DNA of 64,000 nt from Bacillota bacterium (GTDB lineage Bacteria > Bacillota > Dethiobacteria > DTU022), in the NCBI GenBank assembly GCA_011389985.1, contig JAABTH010000007.1:21769-85768 (forward strand), given 5' to 3'. Position 1 is the first letter of the stretch. Each line of letters starts with the position of its first letter. This document shows, in pieces, positions 23,269-33,998 of the stretch. The notes below the pieces were generated by a model, which was not told the origin of the DNA, searched no databases, and saw nothing but the letters and a program-made list of their open reading frames with translations. A program made the position numbers and the translations under genes.

Positions 23269-24525
23269 TTGCTGGAAACAATTCGTACTGCCTGGCGGAT
23301 TAAAGAGCTCAGACAACGTATCCTCTTTACTCTGGCCATGTTTGTGGTTTTCCGGGTTGGCTCTGCTATTCCGGTGCCAGGTGTGGATGCATCCTTGCTG
23401 GCTGAGTTTTTCCAGCAAGATACAATTTTCGGTTTTGTCAACATTATCGGTGGCGGAAACCTGGAGAATTTCACCATATTTGCACTGGGTATTATGCCTT
23501 ACATTAACGCCTCTATTATCATGAACCTGTTGACAATAGTTATCCCAAAACTGAAAGAGTGGAGCCAGGAAGGTCCGGAAGGCCGGAAGAAAATTTCACA
23601 GATTACCCGATATGGAACAATCGTTATTGCTGTAATACAGGCCCTTGGTCTTGCAACCCTGATTGCCGGTGAAGCTGTTGTAGATAAAACAACTCTATCT
23701 TATATAACGATTATCATCTCAATGACTGCCGGAACTGCTTTTCTGATGTGGATGGGTGAACTGATAACTGAAAAAGGTATCGGTAACGGTATATCACTAA
23801 TCATTTTTGCCGGTATTGTAGCCGGATTCCCGATTGGTGTGGCTATGGCGGCAGAGCAGTATCGTTTTGGGCAGATCAACATGCTGATCATCGGCATAGT
23901 CGTCTTGGTTCTTCTCGGTCTGATTGTCGGTATTATTGCTCTCGATCAGGGGCAGCGCAGAATCAATGTTCAGTACAGCAAGCGTGTGGTCGGACGTAAG
24001 ATGTACGGCGGCCAGGCGACACACATCCCGATGAAAGTAAACCAGGCAGGGGTTATTCCTGTAATCTTCGCGTCAGTGCTTTTGAGTTTTCCTCAGACAC
24101 TGGTCAGCTTCATTCAGCATCCGGTGGCGCAGAGAATTGCTGACATGCTTAGCTGGGGAAGCAACCTTAACCTGGTGTTATATATACTATTAATTATACT
24201 GTTCACCTATTTTTATACCGCAGTGCAGTTTGATCCTTTCCAGGTGGCAGGTAATATCAAGAAATACGGCGGTTTTATCCCGGGTCTGAGACCCGGTCGC
24301 CCGACAGCCGAATACCTGGCCAGGGTAACATCAAGACTGACTACAGCAGGTGCATTTTCACTTGCCTTTATTGCGGTTTTCCCGATATTACTGGAGAGAT
24401 TGTCAGGTATGAGTATAGTTTTTGGCGGCACCGGGCTGATTATTGTGGTCGGTGTTGTTCTTGAGACATTTAAGCAAATTGAAAGCCACATGCTGATGCG
24501 CAGTTATCGTGGCTTTATGAAGTAG
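23269..24525 (+). CDS. secY: Preprotein translocase subunit SecY (TTG start)
   Basis: 418 aa, 10 predicted TM segments, with SecY signature regions. Confidence 0.96.
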   Translation: MLETIRTAWRIKELRQRILFTLAMFVVFRVGSAIPVPGVDASLLAEFFQQDTIFGFVNIIGGGNLENFTIFALGIMPYINASIIMNLLTIVIPKLKEWSQEGPEGRKKISQITRYGTIVIAVIQALGLATLIAGEAVVDKTTLSYITIIISMTAGTAFLMWMGELITEKGIGNGISLIIFAGIVAGFPIGVAMAAEQYRFGQINMLIIGIVVLVLLGLIVGIIALDQGQRRINVQYSKRVVGRKMYGGQATHIPMKVNQAGVIPVIFASVLLSFPQTLVSFIQHPVAQRIADMLSWGSNLNLVLYILLIILFTYFYTAVQFDPFQVAGNIKKYGGFIPGLRPGRPTAEYLARVTSRLTTAGAFSLAFIAVFPILLERLSGMSIVFGGTGLIIVVGVVLETFKQIESHMLMRSYRGFMK

Positions 24526-24534
24526 TGAACAAGG

Positions 24535-25290
24535 ATGATCAAGTTTAAATCAGCCAGGGAAATTAGTATGATGCGCGATGCCGGCAAAATTGTTGCCGAA
24601 GTACTTGCGGAGATGGACACAGCAACCAGGGAAGGCGTAACCACCGCTATGCTTGACAAGATTGCTGAAAAAATTATCCGTAAAAGTGGAGCAGAACCGG
24701 CTTTTCTCGGTTATCATAATTTCCCGGCTTCAATCTGCACCTCTGTTAACAATGAGGTGGTTCATGGAATTCCCGGGTTGCGCAGGCTCGAAGAGGGCGA
24801 TATAATCAGCATTGACGTTGGTGCCCGATTAAAAGGTTACTATGGAGATGCAGCGGCAACTTTTCCGGTTGGTAAGATATCATCTGAAGCTCGGAAATTA
24901 ATTGATGTAACCAGGGGATCTCTGCAAGAAGCTATCAAAACAATGCAGGTCGGAAAAAGGCTCTCTGATGTTTCTTGTGCGGTTCAGGCTTATGTTGAGC
25001 ACAGCCACTTAGCGGTGGTGCGTAATTATGTGGGCCATGGAATCGGGCAGGATATGCATGAAGAACCACAGGTTCCGAATTTTGGTCTGCCGGGACGCGG
25101 CCCCGTGCTTCAGCAGGGAATAGTACTGGCCATCGAGCCAATGGTTAATCTAGGCACCTGGGAAGTTAAGGTCCTTAAGGACCAATGGACAGTAGTAACT
25201 GCCGATGGAAGCCTGTCTGCTCACTTTGAGCATACAGTGGCGTTGGGCGAAAACGGGCCCGAGGTGCTGACCTCTTCTGACCCGAATTAA
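24535..25290 (+). CDS. map: Methionine aminopeptidase type I
   Basis: 251 aa with pita-bread-fold metal ligands (D...D...H...E...E pattern). It directly follows secY with no adk in between. Confidence 0.93.
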   Translation: MIKFKSAREISMMRDAGKIVAEVLAEMDTATREGVTTAMLDKIAEKIIRKSGAEPAFLGYHNFPASICTSVNNEVVHGIPGLRRLEEGDIISIDVGARLKGYYGDAAATFPVGKISSEARKLIDVTRGSLQEAIKTMQVGKRLSDVSCAVQAYVEHSHLAVVRNYVGHGIGQDMHEEPQVPNFGLPGRGPVLQQGIVLAIEPMVNLGTWEVKVLKDQWTVVTADGSLSAHFEHTVALGENGPEVLTSSDPN

Positions 25291-25302
25291 GGGGGAGAAG
25301 CT

Positions 25303-25590
25303 ATGGTGGAACTGAAACCGGGACAGCTGGTCCGGTCTTTGGCCGGCCGTGACAAGGGAAAGCATTACCTGGTTCTCCGGGAGCTCGATCAAAATAATGT
25401 TCTTCTGGTTGACGGGCGCAGCCGACCAATAAGTCGGCCGAAAAAGAAGAATAAAGCCCATCTTCAGCATTACGAGCGCCAGGTAGAACTGGGCGAACCG
25501 CCTGAAGTCGACAACATCAGCGACAGCCATATAATCAAAGCACTTAAAGATCTGATGCCGGCAGGCGGTGTTTCTGAAGAGGAGGTTTAA
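25303..25590 (+). CDS. Small KOW-domain RNA-binding protein
   Basis: 95 aa. [19 protein letters not shown] is a KOW-like motif. It sits between map and infA, an arrangement seen in Clostridia. Confidence 0.7.
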   Translation: MVELKPGQLVRSLAGRDKGKHYLVLRELDQNNVLLVDGRSRPISRPKKKNKAHLQHYERQVELGEPPEVDNISDSHIIKALKDLMPAGGVSEEEV

Positions 25591-25598
25591 CTGGTAAC

Positions 25599-25820
25599 AT
25601 GAGCAAGAAAAAAGATGTAGTTGAAGTTGAAGGCACAGTAGTTGAACCGTTGCCAAATGCCATGTTCCGGGTCGAGTTAAAGAACGGGCACAAGGTTCTG
25701 GCTCATGTATCCGGCAAAATAAGGATGAATTTCATTCGCATTCTGCCGGGCGACCGGGTCTTAATTGAACTATCGCCTTACGACCTGACTCGGGGGCGCA
25801 TTACCTACCGTTACAAGTAA
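25599..25820 (+). CDS. infA: Translation initiation factor IF-1
   Basis: 73-aa S1-like OB fold protein. Confidence 0.96.
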   Translation: MSKKKDVVEVEGTVVEPLPNAMFRVELKNGHKVLAHVSGKIRMNFIRILPGDRVLIELSPYDLTRGRITYRYK

Positions 25821-25834
25821 GGAGGTCTGTAATC

Positions 25835-25948
25835 ATGAAGGTGAGGCCTTCAGTAAAAAAAATGTGTGAGAAGTGTAAAATAATCCGGCGCAAGGGCAGG
25901 GTTGTGGTTATCTGCCAGAATCCGAAACACAAACAAAGACAGGGATAA
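25835..25948 (+). CDS. rpmJ: 50S ribosomal protein L36
   Basis: 37-aa [40 protein letters not shown] with a CxxC...CxxxxH zinc ribbon. It is absent from the ORF track because it is under 60 aa. GGAGGT lies 8 nt upstream. Confidence 0.93.
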   Translation: MKVRPSVKKMCEKCKIIRRKGRVVVICQNPKHKQRQG

Positions 25949-26014
25949 CCTTTAAACTTAGCCTTAGCCGATCCTTGTCATTTTGGGGATTAACTTAAAG
26001 GAGGTGCTAATCGA

Positions 26015-26386
26015 TTGGCCAGAATCGCAGGCGTAGACTTACCGCGTGACAAAAGAGTTGAGGTTGCGCTGAGTTATATTTATGGAATAGGCAGAAACCG
26101 GGCGATAGAAATACTTTCGCATACCGGGGTCAGCCCCGAAACCAGGGTTAAAGACCTGACTGAAGATGAACTTGGCAGGCTGCGTGAATTTATTGACAAA
26201 AACTATAATGTGGAAGGCGATTTACGCCGGGAGGTTGCTTTAAATATTAAGCGCCTGGTGGAAATCGGCTGTTACCGTGGCATCAGGCACCGGCGCGGAA
26301 TGCCCGTACGGGGGCAGAAAACTAAAAACAATGCCCGCACCCGTAAAGGTCCCCGCAAAACTGTCGGTATTCGCCGCAAAACTTAG
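26015..26386 (+). CDS. rpsM: 30S ribosomal protein S13 (TTG start)
   Basis: [14 protein letters not shown]... Confidence 0.95.
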   Translation: MARIAGVDLPRDKRVEVALSYIYGIGRNRAIEILSHTGVSPETRVKDLTEDELGRLREFIDKNYNVEGDLRREVALNIKRLVEIGCYRGIRHRRGMPVRGQKTKNNARTRKGPRKTVGIRRKT

Positions 26387-26417
26387 GATCCATGGAGAAG
26401 GGAGGAAGTAACAAAAA

Positions 26418-26810
26418 TTGGTCAAGAAAAAAGTTACCCGCACCAAACGTCGTGAAAGAAAAAATATTGAGCGCGGGGTTGCACATATTAAATCGACCTT
26501 CAACAATACTTTTATTAGTATAACTGATGTAGACGGCAATGCTATTTCATGGTCCAGCGCCGGAAACGTTGGTTATAAAGGATCCCGTAAATCAACTCCA
26601 TTTGCCGCTCAGCTTGCTGCTGAAGCAGCCGCAAAGGTAGCTATGGAGCATGGCATGAGACAGGTGGAAGTATTTGTAAAGGGCCCGGGGGCTGGCCGTG
26701 AAGCGGCAATCCGCTCACTGCAGGCAGCGGGGCTTGAGGTCAACGCAATCAGAGATGTAACTCCAATTCCGCACAATGGGTGCCGTCCACCAAAGAGACG
26801 AAGAGTATAA
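26418..26810 (+). CDS. rpsK: 30S ribosomal protein S11 (TTG start)
   Basis: 130-aa S11 family protein. Confidence 0.95.
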   Translation: MVKKKVTRTKRRERKNIERGVAHIKSTFNNTFISITDVDGNAISWSSAGNVGYKGSRKSTPFAAQLAAEAAAKVAMEHGMRQVEVFVKGPGAGREAAIRSLQAAGLEVNAIRDVTPIPHNGCRPPKRRRV

Positions 26811-26842
26811 TTTATTTATGAGGAGGTGTAGCATAAGCTAAT

Positions 26843-27469
26843 ATGGGACGCCATACTGAAGCAGTTTGCCGTTTATGTCGCAGAGAAAATGATAAGCTTT
26901 ACCTTAAAGGAGATCGCTGTTTTTCAGATAAATGTGGAATAGTACGTCACGCTTACCCCCCTGGAGAACACGGTCAGGGTCGCCACAAGTTTTCAGAGTA
27001 CGGGCAGCAGCTGCGTGAAAAGCAGAAAGCCCGCCGCATTTATGGTGTTATGGAAAGACAGTTTCGCCGTTACTTTAAAGAAGCCGACCGCCGTAAAGGT
27101 GTTACCGGTGAAATATTAATGCAGCTATTGGAGAGCCGACTTGACAACACAGTATTTCGCATGGGTTTGGGCCGTTCACGGGCAGAATCAAGGCAGCTTA
27201 TAAATCATGGCCATTTTCAGGTTAACGGTCGTAAGGTTGATATCGCATCATACCTGACAAAGGTTGGAGATGTTATAACCGTTAGGGAAAATAGTAAAAG
27301 TAAGCCGGTCTTCAAGCTTATTGCCGAAGACAGAGGACAGCAGGGAATCGTAGACTGGCTGGAAGTTGATCACGAAAAGCTTGAAGGGCGAGTCTTAAGG
27401 ATTCCTCAGCGCGATGAGATCGACGTGCCTGTTACTGAGCACCTCATTGTCGAACTCTATTCACGCTAA
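26843..27469 (+). CDS. rpsD: 30S ribosomal protein S4 (zinc-binding form)
   Basis: 208 aa with an N-terminal CRLCRRE...CFSDKC Cys4 cluster and an S4 domain. Confidence 0.95.
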   Translation: MGRHTEAVCRLCRRENDKLYLKGDRCFSDKCGIVRHAYPPGEHGQGRHKFSEYGQQLREKQKARRIYGVMERQFRRYFKEADRRKGVTGEILMQLLESRLDNTVFRMGLGRSRAESRQLINHGHFQVNGRKVDIASYLTKVGDVITVRENSKSKPVFKLIAEDRGQQGIVDWLEVDHEKLEGRVLRIPQRDEIDVPVTEHLIVELYSR

Positions 27470-27521
27470 GTGAACAGTTAACCCTCAATAAATCAAGCGA
27501 GGAGGGTAAATCGAAAAAATT

Positions 27522-28469
27522 ATGATCGAAATTGAAAAGCCGAAAATAGAATGTATTGATAGGGATGAACAAAATAATTACGGCTGTTTTGTTGTAGAGC
27601 CTCTTGAAAGAGGTTACGGAACAACACTGGGTAATGCTCTGCGCAGGATTCTTCTTTCATCTTTACCCGGCGCAGCAATAACCAACGTTAAGTTTGATGG
27701 CGCTCTGCATGAATTTTCAAACCTTCCCGGTGTGCTTGAGGATACAATTGAAATAATCCTCAACCTAAAGGCAGTGTCACTGAAAATATATACTGAGGAG
27801 CCACAGACCCTGATCATTGAAACTGATAAAGCAGGTGCGGTTAAAGCCAAAGATATCAAGGCTCCGGCCGATGTTGAAATTCTTAATGAAGATCATCATA
27901 TCTGTACTCTTGAAGAAAGTTCAAGACTTTACATGGAGATGACCGCTATTAACGGACGGGGCTATGTACCAGCAGAGCGTAATAAAGCACCACAGCAGCC
28001 AATCGGGGTTATTCCTGTTGATTCGATGTTTTCACCGATACGAAAAGTAAATTACCATGTTGAAAATACCAGGGTTGGTCAGATAACTGACTACGACAAA
28101 CTTACCCTGGAAGTATGGACAGATGGAAGCATTAGGCCAGATGAAGCAATCAGCCTGTCGGCAAATATCTTAAATACACATATAGCGCTCTTCGTCAATC
28201 TGACTGATACAGCCGACAAGGTTGAGATTACTTCAGACAAGCCGGAAGAAGATCGCGAACGAATTCTTGATATGACAATAGAAGAACTGGACCTTTCTGT
28301 ACGTTCGTATAACTGTCTGAAACGGGCAGGAATAAATACGGTGGGAGAGCTTGTTCGCAAGACAGAAGAAGAGATGATGAAAGTACGCAACCTGGGCAAA
28401 AAATCGCTGGAAGAAGTGGAGCATAAGCTGATAGAGCTTGGTTTCGGCTTCAACAAGAGCGGAGAGTAA
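27522..28469 (+). CDS. rpoA: DNA-directed RNA polymerase subunit alpha
   Basis: 315 aa with N-terminal dimerisation and C-terminal alpha-CTD domains. Confidence 0.96.
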   Translation: MIEIEKPKIECIDRDEQNNYGCFVVEPLERGYGTTLGNALRRILLSSLPGAAITNVKFDGALHEFSNLPGVLEDTIEIILNLKAVSLKIYTEEPQTLIIETDKAGAVKAKDIKAPADVEILNEDHHICTLEESSRLYMEMTAINGRGYVPAERNKAPQQPIGVIPVDSMFSPIRKVNYHVENTRVGQITDYDKLTLEVWTDGSIRPDEAISLSANILNTHIALFVNLTDTADKVEITSDKPEEDRERILDMTIEELDLSVRSYNCLKRAGINTVGELVRKTEEEMMKVRNLGKKSLEEVEHKLIELGFGFNKSGE

Positions 28470-28491
28470 GCCTTCAAGGAGGAAATAAAGT

Positions 28492-28836
28492 ATGCCATAC
28501 CAGAAGCTGAGTCGTAAAAGCGGACCAAGGCGAGCCCTGTTGCGCGGCCTGGTTACATCTTTTTTAAAGGCAGGTCGTGTTGAGACTACAGAGGCCAGGG
28601 CAGCGGCAATTAGGCCGCTGGCTGAAAAAATGATTACCCTGGCGAAAAAGGGCGATCTGCATGCCCGCCGTCAGGCTCTGGCCTTTTTAATGGAAGAAGA
28701 TGTAGTTACCACCCTGTTTGAAAAAACTGGTCCAAAAATGGAAGGCCGTGAAGGTGGCTATACCCGTACAATACCGATTGGACCTCGCCGTGGAGATGGC
28801 GCGCCTATGGTAATTTTAGAGATAGTATCTGAGTAA
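28492..28836 (+). CDS. rplQ: 50S ribosomal protein L17
   Basis: 114-aa L17 family protein. Confidence 0.95.
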   Translation: MPYQKLSRKSGPRRALLRGLVTSFLKAGRVETTEARAAAIRPLAEKMITLAKKGDLHARRQALAFLMEEDVVTTLFEKTGPKMEGREGGYTRTIPIGPRRGDGAPMVILEIVSE

Positions 28837-28843
28837 TGCTGAA

Positions 28844-29704
28844 ATGGTTAAGCATTCTGAAACAATTATCGAGGCCAAAGCTCTCGATTATAAGTACCAG
28901 GGAGACGAGTTTGATGTATCTCCTGCCTTAACAGGGATAAATATATCAGTACGCAGGGGAGAATACCTTGCGCTTATTGGCCCTAACGGTTCAGGTAAAA
29001 CAACACTACTCAAGCTATTTAATGCCCTGCTGGTTCCCTCTAAAGGAGAGGTTCTGGTTGAGGGCATTTCAACCGTTGATCACGATTATGTTCCCCATAT
29101 CCGCAGAAGCTGTGGGATGATTTTCCAGAATCCCGACAATCAGCTTGTTGCGACTACCGTAGAAGAAGATATAGCATTCGGGTTGGAAAATTTAGCTCTG
29201 CCCTCTGCCGAAATTCGGCAGAGGGTTACAGAGGTAGCGCAAAAGCTTCACCTCGACAAGCTCTTGCTGCATCCGCCTCACTTGCTTTCCGGTGGTGAAA
29301 AACAGCGAGTGGCCATTGCCGGGGTGTTAGCCATGCAACCTCACTGTATCCTTATGGATGAGCCAACTGCTATGTTGGATCCTGCAGGCAGACGCGAGGT
29401 ACTGGATACAGTTATGAAACTGAACAGGGAAGAGGATCTAGCCATAATTCATGTTACTCATTTCCCCGGGGAAGCAGCTCTTGCTGATCGTGTTGTTGTC
29501 TTAAATCAGGGCCAGATTGTAAAAGACGGGCCTTCAGAGGATATTTTGACAGATCTTAAAATGTTGCACAGATATAATCTGCAAGGACCGGCAGCAGTTG
29601 AACTTGCTTCTTTATTACGACTGGACGGTTTTAATCTGCCACCGCAAATACTTAGTAACCGGGAGTTGGTTAAAAGCCTGTGTCAATACGAACGGAAAAA
29701 CTGA
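28844..29704 (+). CDS. ecfA1: ECF transporter ATPase subunit EcfA1
   Basis: 286 aa with Walker A GPNGSGKTT, the ABC signature LSGGEKQR and Walker B. It sits in the Firmicute rplQ-ecfA-ecfA'-ecfT-truA position. Confidence 0.9.
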   Translation: MVKHSETIIEAKALDYKYQGDEFDVSPALTGINISVRRGEYLALIGPNGSGKTTLLKLFNALLVPSKGEVLVEGISTVDHDYVPHIRRSCGMIFQNPDNQLVATTVEEDIAFGLENLALPSAEIRQRVTEVAQKLHLDKLLLHPPHLLSGGEKQRVAIAGVLAMQPHCILMDEPTAMLDPAGRREVLDTVMKLNREEDLAIIHVTHFPGEAALADRVVVLNQGQIVKDGPSEDILTDLKMLHRYNLQGPAAVELASLLRLDGFNLPPQILSNRELVKSLCQYERKN

Positions 29705-30537
29705 CTCACATTTATATGCCCGGAACGCCCTTTGCGGCTAAAGCTTTGCATGACGTAACATTTGAACTGCAAAAGGGGCAGGTAGCCTTACTGATAGGCC
29801 CCAGCGGTTCGGGTAAATCTACCCTTATTCAGCATCTCAATGGTCTGCTTAAACCGACATCCGGGCAGGTTTATTTTGACGATCAGTCTATTGAAGGCAG
29901 TAAAGACAGGCTTCTTAAACTGCGTAGAAAAATAGGTTTGGTATTTCAATTGCCTGAAGAACAGTTCTTTTCTGAAACGGTATATGATGAAGTTGCCTTT
30001 GCTCCCCGAAATCTTGGTCTGGCCGAAGAAAAAATAAGAGATTCGGTATATGATGCGCTGAACTTGGTTGGTCTTGTTGCAGAAGAAATTAAAGATCGCC
30101 ATCCATTTAATCTTAGCTCAGGTCAGAAACGTCTTGTTGCAATTGCAGCTGTATTATCACTAAAACCCGAGGTATTAATCCTTGATGAACCTACAGCAGG
30201 TTTGGATCCGGCAGGCCGCCGAAACCTTTTCAACTTACTGGCCGGTTTTAACCAAAAAGAGGGCATGACAATTATAATAGCAACCCACCATTTTGATGAA
30301 GCTGTTGCCCTGGCCAACCATGTTTTAGTATTAAAGCAGGGCAAACTATTATTAAATGGTTCACGTGACGAAGTTTTTGCCAGGCGTGAAGATCTGGAAA
30401 AACTTGGGCTGGCTTTACCATCAGTCACTGAATTAATGCAGGATCTTGCTGCTGAAGGTTTGCCGGTAAGGACAGATCTATATACCATTAAAGAAGCGCG
30501 AGAAGAGATAAACAAAATGAAGGAGAAGCAGCAGTAA
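29680..30537 (+). CDS. ecfA2: ECF transporter ATPase subunit EcfA2
   Basis: 285 aa with Walker A GPSGSGKST and LSSGQKRL. It overlaps the ecfA1 end. Confidence 0.9.
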   Translation: MSIRTEKLTHIYMPGTPFAAKALHDVTFELQKGQVALLIGPSGSGKSTLIQHLNGLLKPTSGQVYFDDQSIEGSKDRLLKLRRKIGLVFQLPEEQFFSETVYDEVAFAPRNLGLAEEKIRDSVYDALNLVGLVAEEIKDRHPFNLSSGQKRLVAIAAVLSLKPEVLILDEPTAGLDPAGRRNLFNLLAGFNQKEGMTIIIATHHFDEAVALANHVLVLKQGKLLLNGSRDEVFARREDLEKLGLALPSVTELMQDLAAEGLPVRTDLYTIKEAREEINKMKEKQQ

Positions 30538-31334
30538 TGAGCAGAAGTATTACCCTGGGTCAGTATTTGCCTGGTAACAGTTATGTCCACAACTTAAACC
30601 CACGTCTTAAAATACTGGCGCTTCTGCTGCTGCTTGTGTTACTTTTCAGCCTTAAAAGTTTTACAGGTTTAATTACATTGCTGGCGATGGCTATGATTCT
30701 TCTATTTATGGCACGCATACCTTTTCGCTATTTCTTAAAAGGATTAAGGCCAATTTTGTATATTGTGTTGTTTGCTCTAGTTATCTATATCTTTTTTACT
30801 AAAGGTGGCGTGGTACTCCTTCGTATCGGTTCTTTTACAATCGAATCAGAAGGAGTAACTGAAGGCTTTTTTGTTATAACGCGTCTTGTCACACTTATTG
30901 TATTCTCGCTTATCGTAACACTAACCACAACGCCTCTGTCACTTACTTATGGAATGAGTTACTTTCTTAAACCCCTGAATAAAATCGGGTTGCCTACAGA
31001 TGAAGTTGCCATGATTATGGCAATAGCGCTTCGTTTTATACCAACCCTCATGGAAGAGAGCCAACGTTTGATGCGTGCGCAGGTATCAAGGGGGGCGGAT
31101 TTTGAAACAGGTTCGATATTTCGCCGCGCGAAGAGCCTTGTGCCGTTAATTGTTCCCCTTTTTGTAAGCGCTTTCCGGAGAGCAGATGATCTTGCCCTTG
31201 CTATGGAGGCTCGTGGTTATCGCCTGGGAGAGATCCGCACTCGTTTACATGAAGATATAATCTGTACCCGTGATTGGTTAGCGCTTCTATTTGTGGCTGT
31301 CTTAATTGCCATATCATTTTACTTCAAACTTTGA
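30537..31334 (+). CDS. ecfT: ECF transporter transmembrane subunit EcfT
   Basis: 265-aa polytopic membrane protein of the CbiQ/EcfT family. Its start overlaps the ecfA2 stop in an ATGA arrangement. Confidence 0.88.
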   Translation: MSRSITLGQYLPGNSYVHNLNPRLKILALLLLLVLLFSLKSFTGLITLLAMAMILLFMARIPFRYFLKGLRPILYIVLFALVIYIFFTKGGVVLLRIGSFTIESEGVTEGFFVITRLVTLIVFSLIVTLTTTPLSLTYGMSYFLKPLNKIGLPTDEVAMIMAIALRFIPTLMEESQRLMRAQVSRGADFETGSIFRRAKSLVPLIVPLFVSAFRRADDLALAMEARGYRLGEIRTRLHEDIICTRDWLALLFVAVLIAISFYFKL

Positions 31335-31425
31335 TCTTGCTTAATCAATGTTCGCAGTTTATACGAGACGCTTAAGAAGCATACTCGAGTAATCATGAAA
31401 TTTAGCAAATGACGGGGAGAAGCAA

Positions 31426-32175
31426 ATGCCCAATATACTAATTGTTATCAGTTATGACGGCACTAATTACAGCGGCTTTCAGATTCAGGCTAATGCACCA
31501 ACGATTCAGGCGGAAATTGAGCGTGCTCTTGCGGTTATCTATAAGGAGCCAGTGCGGATTGCCGGTGCCGGACGTACAGATGCGGGGGTGCACGCATATG
31601 GCCAGTCAGCCAGCTTTAAGGCACCTTTTACAATAGAGACCGATCAGCTTCCCAGTGCTTTAAATTCTCTACTTCCTCCGGATATAGTAGCATTAAAAGC
31701 ATATGAAGTTCCTGAAAGCTTTCATGCACGCTTTGATGCCAAAAGCAAAACATACAGTTATAGTATTGATCGTGCCCCTTATTCACAGGTGCTTTCAAGG
31801 TTATATAACTGGCATATGCCTGAACCGATCAATATGGAAAAGCTTCAAAGAGCGGCTAAGATATTTGAAGGTACTTATGATTTTAAATCTTTTCAGGCTT
31901 CAGGCGCCCGGGTTACAGATACTACCAGAACAATTTACCGGGTTGATATTGAAGAGAACTGTGATAACCGGCAGCTAAAGCTATATATAAGCGGCAGCGG
32001 CTTTCTGTACCGAATGGTTCGCATGATTACCGGAACAATTATCCGGGCTGGAAAAGGTGATCTTACACTTTCGGATATCGAAACAGCTTTGACCAGCCAT
32101 AATTCTAAAGTTATGGGTCCAACAGCTCCGGCGCATGGTCTCTGCCTGGAAGAAATAATATATGATATATTTTAA
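31426..32175 (+). CDS. truA: tRNA pseudouridine(38-40) synthase
   Basis: 249 aa with the catalytic Asp motif RTDAGVHA. Confidence 0.93.
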   Translation: MPNILIVISYDGTNYSGFQIQANAPTIQAEIERALAVIYKEPVRIAGAGRTDAGVHAYGQSASFKAPFTIETDQLPSALNSLLPPDIVALKAYEVPESFHARFDAKSKTYSYSIDRAPYSQVLSRLYNWHMPEPINMEKLQRAAKIFEGTYDFKSFQASGARVTDTTRTIYRVDIEENCDNRQLKLYISGSGFLYRMVRMITGTIIRAGKGDLTLSDIETALTSHNSKVMGPTAPAHGLCLEEIIYDIF

Positions 32176-32284
32176 AAACCGTAAAAAACAATTTTAAGAG
32201 GCTTTGTTTAGCTTGACAGGGTAGCCCCGGTATATTAAAATGTAGTTTGTGGCTTTATGGAAGAGTTTAAAGGAGAGGGTAGAA

Positions 32285-32728
32285 ATGCGCACTACTTACA
32301 TGGCTAAACCTCAGGATATAAAACGCAGCTGGTATATCATAGACGCCGCCGATCGCCCACTGGGCAGGGTGGCAACTGAAGCAGCACGTTTGCTGAGAGG
32401 AAAGCACAAACCAGAGTTCACTCCGCATATTGATACCGGAGATCATGTGATCATTTTGAATGCTGAAAAGGTAGTTCTGACAGGCCGTAAACTTGAGCAG
32501 AAATTCTATTACAGGCATTCCGGTTATCCCGGCGGGTTGAAGAAAATTGATTACGCAACCATGCTTGAAAAACAGCCTGAAAAAGCATTATACATGGCTG
32601 TTCGGGGCATGCTTCCTCATAATCGTCTGGGGAGGGCAATGCTTAAAAAATTACGGGTTTACAGAAACAACCAGCATTCTCACCAGGCACAGCAACCACA
32701 GACCTGGGGAGCAAATTCGGATGAATAA
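32285..32728 (+). CDS. rplM: 50S ribosomal protein L13
   Basis: [11 protein letters not shown]... The ATG at 32285 follows AAAGGAGAGGG. The ORF-track start at 32249 is too early. Confidence 0.94.
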   Translation: MRTTYMAKPQDIKRSWYIIDAADRPLGRVATEAARLLRGKHKPEFTPHIDTGDHVIILNAEKVVLTGRKLEQKFYYRHSGYPGGLKKIDYATMLEKQPEKALYMAVRGMLPHNRLGRAMLKKLRVYRNNQHSHQAQQPQTWGANSDE

Positions 32729-32749
32729 GACGGAAGGAGGCCCTGGCTC

Positions 32750-33142
32750 TTGAGCGAAGTCCAATATATAGGTACCGGACGCCGTAAAGAATCGGTAGCA
32801 CGAGTAAGAATGCTGCCGGGAAACGGTAAGATTATAATTAACGGAAAAGAGATGGACCAGTATTTCGGCCTCGAAACATTGAAGCTGATAGTCAGGCAGC
32901 CTTTAGTGGCCACCGAAACCGACGGAAGCTTTGATGTTATCGCCAAAGTCGAAGGGGGCGGTTTTTCGGGACAAGCCGGTGCTATAAGGCACGGTATTGC
33001 GCGCGCACTGCTTCAGGCTGATGGCGAATACAGGCCGGTTCTTAAGAAGAACGGTTATCTCACCCGCGATCCACGGATGAAAGAACGTAAAAAGTGTGGC
33101 TTAAAAAAAGCCCGCCGCGCACCTCAGTTTTCAAAACGGTAA
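32750..33142 (+). CDS. rpsI: 30S ribosomal protein S9 (TTG start)
   Basis: [12 protein letters not shown]...[18 protein letters not shown]. Confidence 0.95.
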   Translation: MSEVQYIGTGRRKESVARVRMLPGNGKIIINGKEMDQYFGLETLKLIVRQPLVATETDGSFDVIAKVEGGGFSGQAGAIRHGIARALLQADGEYRPVLKKNGYLTRDPRMKERKKCGLKKARRAPQFSKR

Positions 33143-33173
33143 ATTTTCTACCATTTTCTTATTGCTAATAAAA

Positions 33174-33226
33174 AACCCGCTGCAGGATATTCAATCCATC
33201 GGCGGGTTGATTTATAATTTTTTTTA
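33174..33226. terminator. Bidirectional rho-independent terminator between rpsI (+) and the acyltransferase gene (-)
   Basis: Stem AACCCGC / GCGGGTT flanked by an A-run upstream and a T-run (ATTTTTTTTT) downstream. Confidence 0.6.
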
Positions 33227-33236
33227 CACTCTTTCT

Positions 33237-33827
33237 TTAGCCGGAGCAAATAGCATTTTCATCTGGTTCATATATCTGTAAACTGAATTTGTCAGGATAT
33301 TTTGGGACTGGATTCTGATAATACTCTTTCACTATGATCATATCTCTTTTAAAACAACCCGTTGGCATAAAAGCCGGGCCTATATGAGCCAGTTTTTTTG
33401 AATAATCGAGTGAACTTAAAACCAGTGGAACCTTTGCTTTTAATGCGGCGTAATAAAAACCGGTCTTCCATCTTTTGGTTAATTTGCGGGTACCTTCCGG
33501 AGATATCATAATATGCAGATTATCTTCATGAGAGGTTATTAAATCGGCAATAGCATCGACCATAGAGTTATTTTTATTTCTTTCAACCCCGAGCGCGCCG
33601 GAGTTGTTGAATATCTTACTCAGGAAAAAATTATCAAGCCATTCTTTCTTAAGAAGGTATTTAACAGGAAGTTTAAGTCTATAAAAGCCGGCCATGGCAA
33701 ACAGGAAATCAAAATTACTGGTGTGGGGTCCGGCAACTACTATAGATTTTTTAATATTTTGTGGTATTTCCCCCCGGACTTTCCATCCGCAAATCCTGAA
33801 TAAAAACAGGGTAAAATATTTAAGCAA
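33237..33827 (-). CDS. Lysophospholipid (1-acyl-glycerol-3-phosphate-type) acyltransferase
   Basis: 196 aa with the HTSNFD (HxxxxD) catalytic motif and a PEGTR motif typical of PlsC-family acyltransferases. Confidence 0.75.
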   Translation of the reverse strand: MLKYFTLFLFRICGWKVRGEIPQNIKKSIVVAGPHTSNFDFLFAMAGFYRLKLPVKYLLKKEWLDNFFLSKIFNNSGALGVERNKNNSMVDAIADLITSHEDNLHIMISPEGTRKLTKRWKTGFYYAALKAKVPLVLSSLDYSKKLAHIGPAFMPTGCFKRDMIIVKEYYQNPVPKYPDKFSLQIYEPDENAICSG

Positions 33828-33998
33828 TGATTTTCCTCCTTATAAAAACAAAGTTTTTTAATTTTAACATTAATAATGTAAGAATACAATTAAGTGATTT
33901 TTTCTGGCGGATAGCTGCAACAATACAAGCAAAAGGATATTAAACGGAAGGTAAAGAATGAAAGCTGCATAGAAAACGTTCTGAAGGAGATGAGCTGC

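Noticed and set aside
22842-23477. 211-aa minus-strand ORF antisense to rplO/secY
   Set aside because: It overlaps two essential conserved genes on the opposite strand and has no independent coding signal.
25150-25656. 168-aa minus-strand ORF across the map/KOW/infA junction
   Set aside because: It is antisense to three conserved plus-strand genes. The sense-strand assignments are far better supported.
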